This document shows, piece after piece, positions 39,119 to 49,180 of a stretch of 64,000 bases of DNA (positions are counted from its first letter, which is position 1; the number at the start of each line of letters is the position of its first letter). The stretch is from Vulcanimicrobiota bacterium (GTDB taxonomy: Bacteria; Vulcanimicrobiota; Vulcanimicrobiia; Vulcanimicrobiales; Vulcanimicrobiaceae), in assembly GCA_963777315.1 (NCBI GenBank), contig CAVZQC010000002.1, positions 192,001-256,000 on the forward strand. Direction: 5' to 3'. Position numbers and translations under genes: made by a program. Below the pieces are notes generated by a model. That model did no database searches. It was not told where the DNA came from and saw only the letters and a program-made list of their open reading frames with translations.

Positions 39119-40069
39119 CTACCGTGCGAGAACCGGCTCCCCGCTGCGTCCAAGCGCGTATCCGACGAGGCGCTCGACCAGTGCATCGTACGATATGCCG
39201 ACCGCACCGCAGGCATCCGGCAGCAGGCTGGTGGGCGTCAACCCCGGGAGCGCGTTGATCTCCAGCACGTAAGGACGCCCCTCGTTGCTCACGATGAAGT
39301 CGGTGCGCGAGTAATCGCGCAACCCGAGCAAGCGATGCGTGGAAAGCGCGAGCATTTGAAGCCGCGCGGCCAGATCCTCGCCGATCTTGGCGGGAACGAT
39401 GTGCGTGCTTCCGCCCGGTGCGTACTTGGCTTCGTACGTGTAAAACTCGTCGCGGTTGGCGACGATCTCGATGAGCGGGAGCGCTTCCTCGCCCAAAACG
39501 CCGCAGTGCAGCTCGCGTCCGGGAATGAACTCCTCGGCGACGATTTCGGTGTACTCTTCGGCCGCCTGGATCATTGCCTGCGTCCATTGTTCGTGCGTCC
39601 TGACGATCGAAACGCCCTTGCTGCTGCCTTCGTAACGCGGTTTGACGACCAGCGGCAGGTCGAGCGAACCGGGCAACAGCGGAAGCGTACCGCCCGTGAG
39701 ATCGAAGAGATCCCACGCCGCCGTCGGCAGGCCTTCGGCGGCGCAAAGTTTCTTGGTCAAATGCTTGTCCATCGCGAGCGCCGCGGATTCGATGCCGCTG
39801 CCCGTATACGGAATGCGCAGGTACTCCAGGATGCCTTGAATCTGGCCGTCCTCGCCGCCCGGACCGTGCAGCGCGTTGAACACGACGTCGGGCCGCATTT
39901 CCCGCAGCGCGTCGATAAAGCGGTGATCGTAGTCGATGGGCTGCGCATCGTATCCGAGATCGTGCAATGCGCGCATGACGCCCGAGCCGGTCTGAATCGA
40001 AACTTCCCGCTCGGCGCTGCTGCCGCCCATCGCGACGGCGACTTTGGCTTTCTGCTTACTCTTGGTCAT
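39119..40069 (-). CDS. ddl: D-alanine--D-alanine ligase
   Basis: GGSSAEREVS, ALHGPGGEDG, PYTGSG, MDK, FYTYEAKY, EINALPG. Confidence 0.97.
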   Translation of the reverse strand: MTKSKQKAKVAVAMGGSSAEREVSIQTGSGVMRALHDLGYDAQPIDYDHRFIDALREMRPDVVFNALHGPGGEDGQIQGILEYLRIPYTGSGIESAALAMDKHLTKKLCAAEGLPTAAWDLFDLTGGTLPLLPGSLDLPLVVKPRYEGSSKGVSIVRTHEQWTQAMIQAAEEYTEIVAEEFIPGRELHCGVLGEEALPLIEIVANRDEFYTYEAKYAPGGSTHIVPAKIGEDLAARLQMLALSTHRLLGLRDYSRTDFIVSNEGRPYVLEINALPGLTPTSLLPDACGAVGISYDALVERLVGYALGRSGEPVLAR

Positions 40070-41012
40070 CTACGAATACGCCGACCAGATGAACCTCCAT
40101 GGCAAGGTCTATGCCGAAACGATCGGCGACGGCGCGGTGCACGCGTGCGAGCAGCGTTGCGACGTCTTTTGCGCTCGCGCCGGCGACGTTGTTGATGAAA
40201 TTGGCGTGCAGCGGCGAAACTTCCGCGCCGCCTTCGCGCCATCCCTTGGCCCCGGCAGCTTCGATCAGACGCGCCGCCTTATCCCCCGGCGGATTGCGGA
40301 AACAGGAACCGGCATTGGGCAGCGCGATCGGCTGCGTATCCTTGCGGCGCACCAGGCGCCGCTGCAGCTCTGCGCGCACCTCTTTCGGATCCGCGCGCTC
40401 GAACCGCAACGTTACCCGCGAAACGACGGCGTCGCGAGAAAGCGACGTGTGGCGATAGTAGTACTGCACGGTCACCGGATGCGGATCGGGTTTCGCGGGC
40501 GATTGCACCCACACTTCGCGCACGAATTCGCCGATCTCTTTGTCGGTGCCCGCGTTCATTCGCAGCGAACCGCCCACGCTGCCCGGAATACCGGCCAGCG
40601 AAGCGATCCCAAGCGCGCCGGCGGAAGCGGCTTTTGCGGTGAGCAGCGCCATCGAGGCCGAAGCCCCCGCGCCGACGACTACCGCGCCGTTTTCAACAGC
40701 CGCCGCGATCTTTGCGAACTCCCCGGACAAACGCAGCACCAAACCGCGAATGCCGCCGTCTCCGACCAGCAAATTGCTTCCGCTTCCAAGCACCATCCAC
40801 GGCGTTTTACGCCGGGCGCAGAATCGCATCAGCGCGCCGAGCTGCAATTCGCTTTCGACGACGACCCATGCATCGGCGGCGCCCCCGATCTTCCACGACG
40901 TGTATGGCGCAAGCGGTTCGTCGAAACGAACGCCTCCAGGACAGATGCCTTCCAGCTCGCGGCGATCGCCGTCGGTCAAGGCGCTCGCGGCGCCGGCAAC
41001 CGCGCAGCTCAT
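40056..41012 (-). CDS. murB: UDP-N-acetylenolpyruvoylglucosamine reductase
   Basis: TSWKIGGAA, GSGSNLL, GIPGSVGG..MNAG, NAGSCFRNP, HANFINN. Confidence 0.96.
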   Translation of the reverse strand: MSCAVAGAASALTDGDRRELEGICPGGVRFDEPLAPYTSWKIGGAADAWVVVESELQLGALMRFCARRKTPWMVLGSGSNLLVGDGGIRGLVLRLSGEFAKIAAAVENGAVVVGAGASASMALLTAKAASAGALGIASLAGIPGSVGGSLRMNAGTDKEIGEFVREVWVQSPAKPDPHPVTVQYYYRHTSLSRDAVVSRVTLRFERADPKEVRAELQRRLVRRKDTQPIALPNAGSCFRNPPGDKAARLIEAAGAKGWREGGAEVSPLHANFINNVAGASAKDVATLLARVHRAVADRFGIDLAMEVHLVGVFVDDQE

Positions 41013-42379
41013 ACCGGAGCGCTCTCACGCACGTCGCGCGCGAGATTGGCGGCCACGCACGTTATATCTCCGGCGCCCAGCATCAGGACGAGCGCGTTGG
41101 CGGGCGCCCGGCGCGGAAGAACCGCGCGCAGATCCTCGACGCGCGAAACGTACTCCACGCGCGTTCCCATTCGCTCGAGCGGTTCACCGATGCTGCGTTC
41201 GCTCACGCTTTCGATCGGCGCTTCGCTCGCGGCGTAGATTGGCGCCAGATACACGCAATCGGCCGCGCTCAACGCGCGCGCGAACCCCTGCGCGAGATAC
41301 GCCGTACGCGTATAGCGGTGGGGCTGAAACCCGACGACGATCGGACCCTTGTGATATTGCTTGGCGGCAACGATCGTGGCTCTGATCGCGGTAGGATGGT
41401 GCGCATAGTCGTCCACGACGATCATGCGCGGGGTCTTTGCCAGAATTTCGAATCTGCGGCGCACCCCGCGAAACCGCTCGAGTGCCTGGGCGACTGTCGA
41501 AAACGGTACGCCGAGCGTGCGCGCCACGCAAATTGCCGCGAGCGCGTTTTCGATGTTGATCGCTCCGGGCACGTTCAGATGCGCGGTTCCCGCGCGCTGC
41601 CCTTCAACCATGACGTCGAACGACGATCCCAGATCGGCAAAGCGAATGTCTTCGGCGCGCACGCCGGCGTCGCACGCGATGCCGAACGTGACGGTGGGCG
41701 CGCGGCGCTTCGACCCCGCAATCGATCCGCTCTGCGGGTTGTCGACTCCAACGATGGCCGCGCCGTCCTCGGGCAGCTTGGCCAAAAATCGATCGAACGA
41801 GCTCACGAGCTTCGGCAGCTCGGTATCAGACGACAAATGATCGTTCTCGATATTCGTGACCACGCCGATCGCCGGATCGAGCAGCGCGAAGGATCCGTCC
41901 GACTCGTCCGCCTCGCTCAAAAACCACGGCGCGCTGCCGTCACTGGCGTTCGTGCCGGTTGCCACGTCGATGCCGCCCAGCACCAAACCGGCGTCGATGC
42001 CCGCGCCCCGCAAAATCGTAGCGGTCATGGCGGTAGTCGTGGTCTTGCCGTGCGTACCGCACACCGCGATGCCGCGCCGTCCTTCCATGACGCGCCGCAG
42101 CATCTCTCCGCGCGCCACGATTGGAATGCCACGCTGCGCCGCTCGGATGCATTCCGGGTTGTGCGGATCGATTGCCGAGCTGACCACGACTGCGGCCGCG
42201 CCGTTGACGTTGCTTTCGTCGTGCCCGATTGCAATGGTCATGCCCAGCGCGCGCAGCTCCTCGACGAGCGCGGACTCGCTCACGTCCGAGCCGGTGATTC
42301 GCTCTCCGCGGGCCAGCAGCACGCGCGCGATCGCGCTCATGCCGATTCCTCCGATGCCCACGAAGTGAAAGGATCTCAT
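41009..42379 (-). CDS. murC: UDP-N-acetylmuramate--L-alanine ligase
   Basis: HFVGIGGIGMS, GTHGKTTTT, EADESDGSF, DDYAHHPT, FQPHRYTRT. Confidence 0.98.
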   Translation of the reverse strand: MRSFHFVGIGGIGMSAIARVLLARGERITGSDVSESALVEELRALGMTIAIGHDESNVNGAAAVVVSSAIDPHNPECIRAAQRGIPIVARGEMLRRVMEGRRGIAVCGTHGKTTTTAMTATILRGAGIDAGLVLGGIDVATGTNASDGSAPWFLSEADESDGSFALLDPAIGVVTNIENDHLSSDTELPKLVSSFDRFLAKLPEDGAAIVGVDNPQSGSIAGSKRRAPTVTFGIACDAGVRAEDIRFADLGSSFDVMVEGQRAGTAHLNVPGAINIENALAAICVARTLGVPFSTVAQALERFRGVRRRFEILAKTPRMIVVDDYAHHPTAIRATIVAAKQYHKGPIVVGFQPHRYTRTAYLAQGFARALSAADCVYLAPIYAASEAPIESVSERSIGEPLERMGTRVEYVSRVEDLRAVLPRRAPANALVLMLGAGDITCVAANLARDVRESAPV

Positions 42380-43491
42380 GTTTTGACGGCCTTTCGCGAC
42401 ACGAGCGCGTCTATCCGCGCGACGATTGTCGCGACGGGATCGCCCGGTGCAAGCGAGCGGGCAGCGCTGCTCATCGCGCTCAGGCGCTCGGGCTGCATGA
42501 TTGCCCGCAGCGACCACCACAGCGCATCGCCGTCGAGGTCGCGATCTTCGATGACCGCGCACGCTCCGGCGGTCTCGAACGCTCGCGCGTTGTGCGCCTG
42601 ATGATCGTCTGAAGCGAACGGATAGGGCACCAGAATCGAGGGGACGCCCAATGCGGCCAGCTCTCCTAGAGTCGAGGCTCCGGAACGCGCGATCGCCACG
42701 TCGGCAAGCGCGTACGCGTCGGCCATGTCGTGCACGTACGGCACCAACGTCACGCGGTTGCCGCCGAACGGCTCGCGCTCTTGCGCACGCACTTGCGCGT
42801 AATTGCGTTCGCCGCTCACGTGCAGGATCTGCCAGTCCGACGGGAGAGCGCGCCGCGACACCAAGGCTGAAACCGCAGCATTGATCGAACGCGCGCCTTG
42901 GCTGCCGCCCATCGCCAGGATCGTGCGGCGGCTAGGGTCCAGGCCTAAGCGCAGCGCCGCTTGCGTTCGTTCGGCCGGACGAAACAGCGATGAGCGCACC
43001 GGAATTCCCGTTTTGACGAACTTGCTCGCAAAGCGGGAATCGGGCGCGTCGAAAGCGCCCCACACTTCGTCGACGAGCGGCGCCAAAAGGCGGTTGGTCA
43101 AACCGGGACGCGCGTTGGGTTCGAGCAGCGCGAGAGCCGGACGCTTCGCGCGACCCCGCAGCAGCTTGGCAGCAGCCATGACCGGAAAACACACGTATCC
43201 GCCGGTTGCCACGACGGCGTCGGCAGAAAATCCACGCAGCAAGCGCATCGCCTGCGCGATGCCCAAGGCATTGGCGCCTATCGTTTGCAGCGCCGCGGGC
43301 GACAAGGTGCGCCGCAGCGAACGCGCCGAGATCGTTTCGAGCTCGTATCCGGCCGCCGGCACGATCGCCGTTTCCAAGCGATCCACCGTGCCGACAAAGC
43401 GGATCCGCGCACGCGGGGCGAGCGCGTCCGCCAGCGCGATTGCCGGATAGAGATGTCCCCCCGTCCCTCCTGCGGCAAAGAGCACGTTCAT
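42376..43491 (-). CDS. murG: Undecaprenyldiphospho-muramoylpentapeptide GlcNAc transferase
   Basis: GGTGGHLYP, GGSQGA, RSGASTLGE, HQAHNA. Confidence 0.97.
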   Translation of the reverse strand: MNVLFAAGGTGGHLYPAIALADALAPRARIRFVGTVDRLETAIVPAAGYELETISARSLRRTLSPAALQTIGANALGIAQAMRLLRGFSADAVVATGGYVCFPVMAAAKLLRGRAKRPALALLEPNARPGLTNRLLAPLVDEVWGAFDAPDSRFASKFVKTGIPVRSSLFRPAERTQAALRLGLDPSRRTILAMGGSQGARSINAAVSALVSRRALPSDWQILHVSGERNYAQVRAQEREPFGGNRVTLVPYVHDMADAYALADVAIARSGASTLGELAALGVPSILVPYPFASDDHQAHNARAFETAGACAVIEDRDLDGDALWWSLRAIMQPERLSAMSSAARSLAPGDPVATIVARIDALVSRKAVKT

Positions 43492-43525
43492 GCAATCTAG
43501 CGTCCTGAGTCGGAAGTTGAGGACA

Positions 43526-44692
43526 CTAGGACAAATCGATGCGGCGGTGGCGGCCGACATTCATGATCAGCGCGACGGCGATGAGCGAAACGATCAGCGA
43601 GCTGCCTCCGAAGGAAATGAACGGCAGCGGCACGCCCGTTACGGGCCACGACGACGACACCACGCCGATATTGACGAACGCCTGAATGACGATCGTCGCC
43701 GCGCAGCCGATCGCGAGAAAGAATCCGAACCGGTCGGGCGACGCGACGGCAATGCGAACCGCGCGATAGGCAAACGCAACGAACAGCACGATCACGGTCA
43801 GCGTGCCCAGCAAACCGAGCTCTTCGCCCAGCACCGAGAAGATGAAGTCGGTGTACTGTTCGGGCAGATAAAAAAACTTCGCGCGCGATTCTCCCAGGCC
43901 GACGCCCAAAAGGCCGCCGCTTCCCAGCGCGAGCAGCGACTGCACGATGTGGAAGCCCGTGTTTTGCGGGTCTTTCCAGGGATCGACGAACGCAAAGATG
44001 CGCGCGCGCTTATACGGGCTGGCCAAAACGGTCAGCACGGCGGGCGGCACGGTGACCATCGCGATCAGAAGCAGATGCTCGATGCGGGCGCCTGCGGCGA
44101 ACAGCAGCACGAACGCGGTAAAGACCACCAAGGTCGCGGTCCCCATGTCCGGTTCCACCAGCACCAGCAGCGCCACGAACAGCACCAGCATGCACAGCGG
44201 AAACAACCCTCGCCCCAGCGACGTGATGCGATCGCCTCGCACCGACAGCACGGCGGACAGGTACACCACCAAGGCCAGTTTGGCGAACTCCGAAGGCTGC
44301 AGCGAAAGCATGCCGGCGCCGATCCAGCGCCGAGCGCCGTTCACCGCCACTCCGACGTGCGGGATCAGCACCGCCACCAATGCAAGGATGCATGCCAGCA
44401 GCGCATACGGTGCAACGGCTTTGAGCTTGCGGTAATCGATGCGATAGGCCATGTAAGCGAGCACCAAGCCGACGACCAAAAAAATCGTTTGATGCTTGAC
44501 GTAATAGGCGGTATCGCGATGGTCCGCATAAGCTTGCGCGCTCGATGCGCTAAAGATCATCACCAGGCCAATCGCGACCAAGATCGCCACCGCGGCAAAA
44601 AGTATGGTGTCCGGCGGCGCTGAAACGAAAGCGCGCGCTGCCTGAGCACGCGCGGGCTTGGGTTTTGACGCGAGCTGTGCGGCGGCTTTCAT
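43526..44692 (-). CDS. ftsW: Peptidoglycan polymerase FtsW (SEDS)
   Basis: GARRWI, QPSEFAK, EPDMGT, LPEQYTDFIFSVLGEELG, PLPFISFGGSS. Confidence 0.96.
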   Translation of the reverse strand: MKAAAQLASKPKPARAQAARAFVSAPPDTILFAAVAILVAIGLVMIFSASSAQAYADHRDTAYYVKHQTIFLVVGLVLAYMAYRIDYRKLKAVAPYALLACILALVAVLIPHVGVAVNGARRWIGAGMLSLQPSEFAKLALVVYLSAVLSVRGDRITSLGRGLFPLCMLVLFVALLVLVEPDMGTATLVVFTAFVLLFAAGARIEHLLLIAMVTVPPAVLTVLASPYKRARIFAFVDPWKDPQNTGFHIVQSLLALGSGGLLGVGLGESRAKFFYLPEQYTDFIFSVLGEELGLLGTLTVIVLFVAFAYRAVRIAVASPDRFGFFLAIGCAATIVIQAFVNIGVVSSSWPVTGVPLPFISFGGSSLIVSLIAVALIMNVGRHRRIDLS

Positions 44693-46141
44693 CTACGCCG
44701 TCGTCCTGACCTTATCGGAAGGAGGCGCCCCCAGCGCGTTTACCGCCGCCGCGAATTTTGTGCCGCGGTCCTCGGCCGATTCGAACATGTCGAACGAGGC
44801 GCACGCCGGCGAAAGCAGCACGATCGATCCGGGCTTGGCCAGACACGCGGCGCGCCGCACTGCATCCTCCATCGAACCGGCGCGCTCGATCGGCGTGCGG
44901 TACACGTGCGCGGCCAAATCGTCCGCGGCTTGGCCGATTGTCACCAGCGCCTGCGCGCGCTGATCGATCGCGCGGCCCAGCTCGGTAAAATCGGTATTCT
45001 TGGCTTTGCCGCCCGCAATGAGCACGACGGGTTGCGCGTAAGCCGCCAGAGCGGCGATTGCGGAGCCGGGATTGGTGGACTTGGAATCGTCGACGTACAG
45101 TACGCCGTCCACCGTTCGCACCGGCTGCAGGCGGTGCGCCATGGCGGTAAAGCTCGCGACGGCCGCGCGAAGGCCGCGGTGATCGATGCCGGCGCCCAAG
45201 CTCGCGAGCATTGCAGCCATCACGTTGTGCACGTTGTGCCGACCGGCCAGCGGAATATCGCCGGTGCGCAGCAACTCCACGGGCCGCGGATCCCCCGTGA
45301 GCGGCGCGTACACGATCGTGTCGCCCTGCAGATACATCGATGCGTGCTCGTGCCTGGGACCCAGCGTATACCACAGTTGGCGCGCGTGAACGCGCGTTTC
45401 TCCGGTATGCCAGTGCAGCTCGCGCAGTCGCGGGTCATCGAAATTGCCCACGAACACGTCGGATTCGCTTTGATTGGCGAAAATCCGGTATTTGGCTTCG
45501 GCATACTCGTCCATCGAGTAATACCGGTCGAGATGATCCGGCGAGATGTTGAGAATGACTGCGACGCGAGGCCGGAACGCTCGAATCGCTTCCAGTTGAA
45601 AGGACGACACTTCGGCGACGACCCAATCTTGCGGCCGGGCTTGAATCGCTTCGCGAATGAGCGGGTTGCCGATGTTGCCTCCGACGTGCACCGTGCACGC
45701 ATCGCCCGGTGCGCCGCACTGCCGCAGCAGATGCCCGATCAGCGCCGTCGTCGTGGATTTGCCTTTGGTTCCGGTAACGGCGACAATCGGCGCTCGGCAT
45801 AAACGATAGGCGACCTCGATTTCGCTGTACACCGGAACGTTCGCATCCTGCACGCGGCGCACGAAGCCGCCGTTGAGCGGAACGCCCGGAGAAAGCACGG
45901 CTATCGTTATGCCCGGCAGCACGCTCTCGAGCTGGTCGGGCTCGACGAACGTCGCGCCGAACTCTTGCGCGCGCGCGAGCGCCTGCGCGAGCTGCTCGCG
46001 CGGTTTTTCGTCCACGGCGTACACGCGCGCGCCGCGCGCGCGCAGAATCTCCACGGTCGCCTGGCCGCTGCGGCCCAGCCCGATGACAAGCACCGTTTCG
46101 CCGGCCGAAAAAGAATGGTTTGCGCTGCCGTGCAGATTCAT
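44693..46141 (-). CDS. murD: UDP-N-acetylmuramoyl-L-alanine--D-glutamate ligase
   Basis: GLGRSG, SPGVP, TGTKGKSTT, EVSSFQL, DDSKSTN, LSPACASFDMF. Confidence 0.97.
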   Translation of the reverse strand: MNLHGSANHSFSAGETVLVIGLGRSGQATVEILRARGARVYAVDEKPREQLAQALARAQEFGATFVEPDQLESVLPGITIAVLSPGVPLNGGFVRRVQDANVPVYSEIEVAYRLCRAPIVAVTGTKGKSTTTALIGHLLRQCGAPGDACTVHVGGNIGNPLIREAIQARPQDWVVAEVSSFQLEAIRAFRPRVAVILNISPDHLDRYYSMDEYAEAKYRIFANQSESDVFVGNFDDPRLRELHWHTGETRVHARQLWYTLGPRHEHASMYLQGDTIVYAPLTGDPRPVELLRTGDIPLAGRHNVHNVMAAMLASLGAGIDHRGLRAAVASFTAMAHRLQPVRTVDGVLYVDDSKSTNPGSAIAALAAYAQPVVLIAGGKAKNTDFTELGRAIDQRAQALVTIGQAADDLAAHVYRTPIERAGSMEDAVRRAACLAKPGSIVLLSPACASFDMFESAEDRGTKFAAAVNALGAPPSDKVRTTA

Positions 46142-47106
46142 CGCACTATCGCCAGCCCCACGCCCGAGAGCACGGCGGACGCGAGCCAAAACCGTGCCGT
46201 TACTTTGGTTTCCGGCCAGCCGCCCAATTCGAAATGGTGATGCAGCGGGCTCATACGCAGCACGCGCTTGCCGTGCGTGCTCTTGAAGTAGGCAACTTGC
46301 ACGATCACCGACAACGCCTCGGCAACGAACACGCCGCCGATCAGGATGAGCAGCAGCATTTCACCGCTCAAAATTGCAAGCCCGGACAGCAGTGCGCCCA
46401 GCGCCAGCGACCCCGTGTCGCCCATGAACATCCGCGCCGGATACCGGTTGTAACTCAGAAAGCCGAAGCATCCGCCGATGCCCAAGACCGCAACGACCGG
46501 CCAAGTCGTCGCCGCAATTGCGCCCATGTCGAGCGCGACGATCAGCAAGACGATCAGCGGCGGAATCACCGTTCCCGTCACCAGACCGTCCAAGCCGTCC
46601 GTGAGGTTGACCGCGTGAACGCAGCCGGTAACGGCGAAAATTCCCAGCAGCAGCCAGAGCCAGTGGGGGACCGTAAGCGCGTACGCACCGGCGTGAAAGA
46701 TCGTATCGCGCGGGAAGATCGATGCCGAAGCCGTGATGAGGCGCAGAAAGATCACCGCCGCAAGCGCAGTCAGCAGGTATTTGGTGCTGGCGCGCAGCCC
46801 GGTGTTTCTTCCACGTTTGATCCCCAAGGCATCGTCGGCAAAGCCGATCGCCGCGCACGCGAAGACGAGCGCGAGCAGCCAGAGCGTGAGCGCGTCGAAA
46901 CGGGCAAACGCGGGCAGCAGCGCGGCCAGAATCGCAAGTCCACCCATTGTGGGCGTGCCGGTTTTTTGCCGGTGCGTCTGCGGCGCATCCTCGTAGGCGG
47001 TCTGCCGAACCTGCAGCCGCGGCAGCGTTGCAAGCAGCAGCGCACCGGTCGCAACGGCGATGAAGAATCCGATGAACAGCGTGACGATAACGGATACGGG
47101 CGTCAT
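46138..47106 (-). CDS. mraY: Phospho-N-acetylmuramoyl-pentapeptide transferase
   Basis: KTGTPTMGG, GFADD, VNLTDGLDGL, FMGDTGS, PLHHHFE. Confidence 0.97.
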   Translation of the reverse strand: MTPVSVIVTLFIGFFIAVATGALLLATLPRLQVRQTAYEDAPQTHRQKTGTPTMGGLAILAALLPAFARFDALTLWLLALVFACAAIGFADDALGIKRGRNTGLRASTKYLLTALAAVIFLRLITASASIFPRDTIFHAGAYALTVPHWLWLLLGIFAVTGCVHAVNLTDGLDGLVTGTVIPPLIVLLIVALDMGAIAATTWPVVAVLGIGGCFGFLSYNRYPARMFMGDTGSLALGALLSGLAILSGEMLLLILIGGVFVAEALSVIVQVAYFKSTHGKRVLRMSPLHHHFELGGWPETKVTARFWLASAVLSGVGLAIVR

Positions 47107-47807
47107 GCAGCGCCTTGCTCGAACAGCGGGTTCGACGCGTCGGCCCGCCATTTGAGCACGACGATGGGCGTCTGTTCGTCGCCGTTGCCGTGCGGGTTGG
47201 AAAGCAGCGCGCACTCGACGGCGCGGCGATTCACGCCGCGGGAGGCGCCCAGCACTTTGGCTTTTTCCAAATCGTTTGCATCGACCACGCACGCCGCGAT
47301 CCCTGTACGATCGCAGAGGACCTGCGCAAACGCGCCGGGATCTTGCGGCGCGAAAACGATCGTGCGCTCAAATGGCGGCAAGGTGCCGGTATAACCATCG
47401 ATTGCGGCGATCGATTCCCCCATGATCTCGTAAAAAACGCCGCGTTTGCCCAGCGCCCGCCCGGCGACGTGCGCGATCGACGCATACAGCACTTTGGCGG
47501 CGCCCGCACGATCGATCACGATCTGCAGCGACTCGGGTTGGTTGACGGTAGCCAGCGCGCCGGCGCGGCGCGAAAGAAAATACGCCATCGGCGAAGGGCG
47601 CACGTATTCGGCCGGCACCGATTGGCCCTGCGCTATCGCAACGGCCGTTTCCGAAATCGCCAGCACGTCGCCGGAGCGCGCAATACCTGCAGTCGCGCGC
47701 GCAACCAGCTCGACGAGATCGTCGCCGGGCTGCACGAGCCGCGTACGAACCGGAAGCGCGACGATGCCGGGCGGCACTTCGGTGCGCTCGACGCGCAAAC
47801 TTCTCAT
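47103..47807 (-). CDS. Coenzyme F420-0:L-glutamate ligase (CofE)-like protein
   Basis: PVRTRLVQPGDDL, GDVLAISETAVAIAQG, AAIDG, VVDANDL, NPHGNGDEQTPIVV resemble the F420_ligase-like family; ATGA overlaps with murF and mraY. Confidence 0.8.
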   Translation of the reverse strand: MRSLRVERTEVPPGIVALPVRTRLVQPGDDLVELVARATAGIARSGDVLAISETAVAIAQGQSVPAEYVRPSPMAYFLSRRAGALATVNQPESLQIVIDRAGAAKVLYASIAHVAGRALGKRGVFYEIMGESIAAIDGYTGTLPPFERTIVFAPQDPGAFAQVLCDRTGIAACVVDANDLEKAKVLGASRGVNRRAVECALLSNPHGNGDEQTPIVVLKWRADASNPLFEQGAA

Positions 47808-49180
47808 GCGATCTCACTGGTCTCACGCAGCGCTGAAACGATCTCCTCCATCTTGTACTTGCGCGACCCTTTGAGCAGCACCACATCCGCAGCACGGGCA
47901 TGCCGGCGCAGCCAGCTCGCCGCTTCGGCGTTGCGGGCGTACGTGACGATGCGGTCCTGCGGCAAACCTGCGCAAACCGCTCCCCGCGCGAACGATCCGG
48001 CATACTCGCCGCCCGCGAGCAGAATGTCCACGCCGGTCCGCGCGGCGTGCGCCCCGACTCGCTCGTGCATCGCGGGCGCATCGGTTCCCAGTTCCGCCAT
48101 GCTCGCCAAGACCGCGATGCGCCGCTCGGCGGCTTCGCCGGCAAAAGCGTCCAGCGCCGCGATCATGCCGGTCGCGTTTGCATTGTATGCATCGAAGATC
48201 AGCTGCATGCCTCCGGCCACGGCAACGCGCTCGTAACGCCCAGGGGGCAGCGTGAGAGCCGGCACGGCGCCGATCAAATCTTCGGGTTCGATACCCAACG
48301 CGAGCGCTGCAGCCAGAGCGGCGGCCAGATTCGCCCGATTGTACGATCCGGGGACGCGCACGTCGATCGCAAACTCGCGCGGGGTGCGCCCATAGGTGAG
48401 CATCAGCGTACCCGAGCCACTCAGGAGGACCCCGTGTTCGACCGCTTCGCCGGTGCCGAACCACAGCGGCGGAGCGGAAAGCGACGCCGCGCGCGCGACC
48501 GATTCCGGATCGCCGGCATTGAGAACGGCCTGCGCGCCCTGGGAAAACAATCCCCATTTCGTGCGCGCCAAGCGTTCACGCGATCGGAAGATCTCCAGGT
48601 GCGCTTCGCCGATGTTCGTGAGCACGCCGATATGCGGGCGCGCGATCCGCACGAGCGCGGCAATCTCGCCGTCGTGGCGGGCACCCATTTCGACGACGAG
48701 CACGCGCTGATCCGGTCCCGCGTTCAGCAGCAGCTTGCTCACGCCGATCTCGTTGTTCTCGTTTGCCGGCGAGGCGAGCACGCTATCCACCCCGTACTGC
48801 ACCGCCAGAAGCTGCGCTAAAAAGTGCTTGGTCGTCGTTTTGCCCGTGCTGCCCGTGATCCCGACGACCGAACCTTCGTACGCGTCGCGTGCGGCGGCCG
48901 CCAGCTCCATGTAGGCGCGTTTCGTGTCGGCGACCAGCAGAGCCGGAACGCCTTCCAGCGCGGCGCGCGCGTCGTCGATGACGATGGCTGCCGCGCCTTT
49001 GTCCACGGCGTCGCGCACGTAGTCGTGTCCGTCGAAGCGCTCGCCGCGCAGGGCCAAAAACGTATCGCCTGCTGCAATCTCGCGCGTGTCGGTGGTAACG
49101 TGCAATTGCGAGGGGAACCGGTGCGCGCTCAGCAGTCGGCCCGCCGTCGCGCGGACGGCCGTCTCAAGCGCGAGGCTCAT
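47804..49180 (-). CDS. murF: UDP-MurNAc-tripeptide--D-Ala-D-Ala ligase
   Basis: TDTR, GERFDGHDY, TGSTGKTTTK, NNEIG, EMG, DAYNAN, KGSR. Confidence 0.97.
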   Translation of the reverse strand: MSLALETAVRATAGRLLSAHRFPSQLHVTTDTREIAAGDTFLALRGERFDGHDYVRDAVDKGAAAIVIDDARAALEGVPALLVADTKRAYMELAAAARDAYEGSVVGITGSTGKTTTKHFLAQLLAVQYGVDSVLASPANENNEIGVSKLLLNAGPDQRVLVVEMGARHDGEIAALVRIARPHIGVLTNIGEAHLEIFRSRERLARTKWGLFSQGAQAVLNAGDPESVARAASLSAPPLWFGTGEAVEHGVLLSGSGTLMLTYGRTPREFAIDVRVPGSYNRANLAAALAAALALGIEPEDLIGAVPALTLPPGRYERVAVAGGMQLIFDAYNANATGMIAALDAFAGEAAERRIAVLASMAELGTDAPAMHERVGAHAARTGVDILLAGGEYAGSFARGAVCAGLPQDRIVTYARNAEAASWLRRHARAADVVLLKGSRKYKMEEIVSALRETSEIA

